From Octopus vulgaris (taxonomy: Eukaryota): 64,000 nt of DNA. Location: positions 59,210,001 through 59,274,000 of the forward strand of contig OX597819.1 in the NCBI GenBank assembly GCA_951406725.2. The letters are read 5' to 3'. Each line of letters starts with the position of its first letter. Within the stretch, counting starts at the first letter, position 1. The notes beneath the pieces were generated by a model. The model saw nothing but the letters and a program-made list of their open reading frames with translations, was not told the origin of the DNA and did no database searches. Position numbers and translations under genes: made by a program. Positions 63,295 through 64,000 of the stretch are shown one piece after another.

Positions 63295-63960
63295 TAGTTT
63301 TTATGTGTGGCAAATGTTCGGGAGGAATAAACACTGAAAATGCACAGAAAACAGCATCTGTCACATGCTGGGGGACAAACAAGAAGTAGTTGATAGCTTC
63401 AATTACCAAGTCAGTAGCTGGGGTGGATGCTCTGAGAATGTAGCTGCTAGAATAAGGATTACCTAGGCAAAGTTCAGAGAGCTCCTACCTCTGCTGGTAA
63501 CAAAGGGCTTCTCATTCAGAGTGAAAGGTAAACTGTATGACACATGTGTGCAAACAACCATGCTACACGGCAGTGAAACATGGACTGTGACTGCTGAGGA
63601 CATGTGTAGGCTTGAAAGAAATGAAGCTAGTATGTTCCACTGGATGTGTAATGTCAGTGTGCATACACAATAGAGTGTAAGCGCCCTGAGAGAATAGTTG
63701 GACATAACAAGTATCAGATGTGGTGTGCAAGAGAGACAATTGCACTGGTATGGTCATGTGTTATGTATGGATGAGGACAGCTGTGCGAAAAAGTGGAGGG
63801 ATCCTGTGGAAGAGGTAGACCCAGGAAGACCTGAGATGAGGTGGTGAAGCACTACCTCCAAACACTGGACCTCACAGAGGTAATGACAAGCAACCGAGAC
63901 CTTTGGCGATATGCTATGCTTGAGAAGACCTGGCAAGCCAAGTGAGATCGTAGCTGTGGC
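63295..63960 (+). mobile_element. decayed RTE LINE 3' fragment
   Basis: FMCGKCSGGINTEN (PHD end), AKFRELLPLLVTKG, MLHGSETW, GRGRPRKT; frameshifts and stops. Confidence 0.88.
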
Positions 63961-64000
63961 CATTTAACCAGCCCATTTAAGAGTACCCTTCAATCATCAG

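Overview
AT-rich, intron- and repeat-rich animal genomic DNA. The SINE/LINE complement and microsatellites look like an octopus or other coleoid cephalopod, which is an inference. Two protein-coding genes converge tail-to-tail. On the + strand are the last three coding exons of NOB1 (593-4707). On the - strand are 11 phase-consistent coding exons (53404 down to 23797, 840 aa visible, 5' exons outside the window) of a ZCCHC14/ZCCHC2-family gene. That gene has a PX-like domain, a CxxCGC motif and a C-terminal zinc knuckle, no detectable SAM domain, and probably a ~6.6 kb TE-free 3'UTR. The rest is mobile DNA. It includes a young 5'-truncated RTE LINE with an intact 881-codon ORF and a PHD finger inserted inside the reverse transcriptase, two older RTE copies, many RTE 3'-tail elements and two CR1 LINE fragments. 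There is also a Merlin (IS1595-like) DNA transposon whose TIR is split by a SINE, Tigger, maT (DD37D), hAT and TTAA-type relics, a Helitron-like fragment bracketed by a 105-bp duplication, and three tRNA-derived SINE families. No prokaryotic-type system (CRISPR etc.) is present. Exon boundaries were derived by hand from splice motifs and reading phase. Repeat boundaries are approximate unless a TIR or TSD is given.
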